Shown here in pieces: positions 63,372-64,000 of a DNA stretch of 64,000 nt. Below the pieces are notes generated by a model that was given only the letters and a program-made list of their open reading frames with translations, searched no databases and was not told the DNA's origin. Position numbers and translations under genes: made by a program. This stretch comes from Dicyema japonicum (lineage: Eukaryota; Animalia; Dicyemida), in assembly GCA_011109175.1 (NCBI GenBank), contig RDEW01000005.1:740335-804334 (forward strand). The letters are read 5' to 3'. The first letter of the stretch is position 1, and the number at the start of each line of letters is the position of its first letter.

Positions 63372-64000
63372 CAGTGGTTCCCAACTTTGTGCTCGCGGAA
63401 CCCTTTTGGGTTAATTTATTTTTTGCGGAACCCTTACAATTCAAATTTTACGATTTACTTAAAACATAATCGAAATAACCAAAAACAATTTTAATATGAA
63501 CACTGAGGCAAAGTTTTATCATAGCATACATGTGTAGCGTTAGGAGTTATTGTTGACAACTGTATCCTCATATCAGGGAAGTTTTGGCATATATATTGAA
63601 AACCCGACTCACATAAATAAGTCGCTGGAAAAAATCGCAATGTTATCATCCAAAATTACTAGATGTCCTGAAGTACTGCATCGCATCCCAATGCGTATTT
63701 TGATTCATCAAAAATAATTTTTAATAGTGTTGAAAATATTTTCCCCAGTACAACTACTTCCCAACGATTCGCACATTAGCATGTCTTCTTCAATAATATC
63801 GTCAAATGGGTTTCGAATAAAAACCAATAAACTGCCAATCCATCAGCATCAGTAGACTCATCAATTTGAATGGAAAATCATTAGAATTATTCAAACGAAT
63901 TAGCAACTGTGTCAATATTTTCCAAAGTTCCTGAATTCGCCTTGAAGTAGTGTTATTTGACAAAGAAACAAGATTAGTTTCTTAGACATTTTTATAAATA
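63372..64000 (-). mobile_element. Buster/Charlie-type hAT transposon, 3' end (continues beyond window)
   Basis: Terminus CAGTGGTTCCCAAC at 63372; minus strand FPATYLCESGFS...DMRIQLS, the hAT dimerisation-domain signature. Confidence 0.85.

Overview
AT-rich eukaryotic nuclear DNA in the standard genetic code; no prokaryotic features, CRISPR array or rRNA were seen. Host genes are split by very short GT-AG introns, mostly 21-26 nt, which hide them from the ORF track. Reconstructed by hand: MBOAT7 (-, runs off the left edge), a RING1/RNF2-type Polycomb RING protein, BUD31, a compact divergent 4-RRM poly(A)-binding protein, and a 207-aa type-I membrane glycoprotein. Disrupted genes: a cathepsin L-like protease, two ZER1/ZYG11-like paralogues and an internally deleted tRNA-Gly. 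Most of the rest is transposon debris: a near full-length RTE LINE, about 12 short CRE-clade 3' stubs, R4-like RLE elements, APE-RT LINE fragments (one 5' end carries a 2A-like GDIETNPGP motif), and Merlin, hAT and Buster-type DNA transposon remnants. Intron size plus animal-like genes points to a dicyemid mesozoan, but this is inference only. Frameshifts cluster in repeats and homopolymers while single-copy genes are clean, so some disruptions may be assembly errors. All identifications come from manual translation and remembered family motifs; no database search was run.
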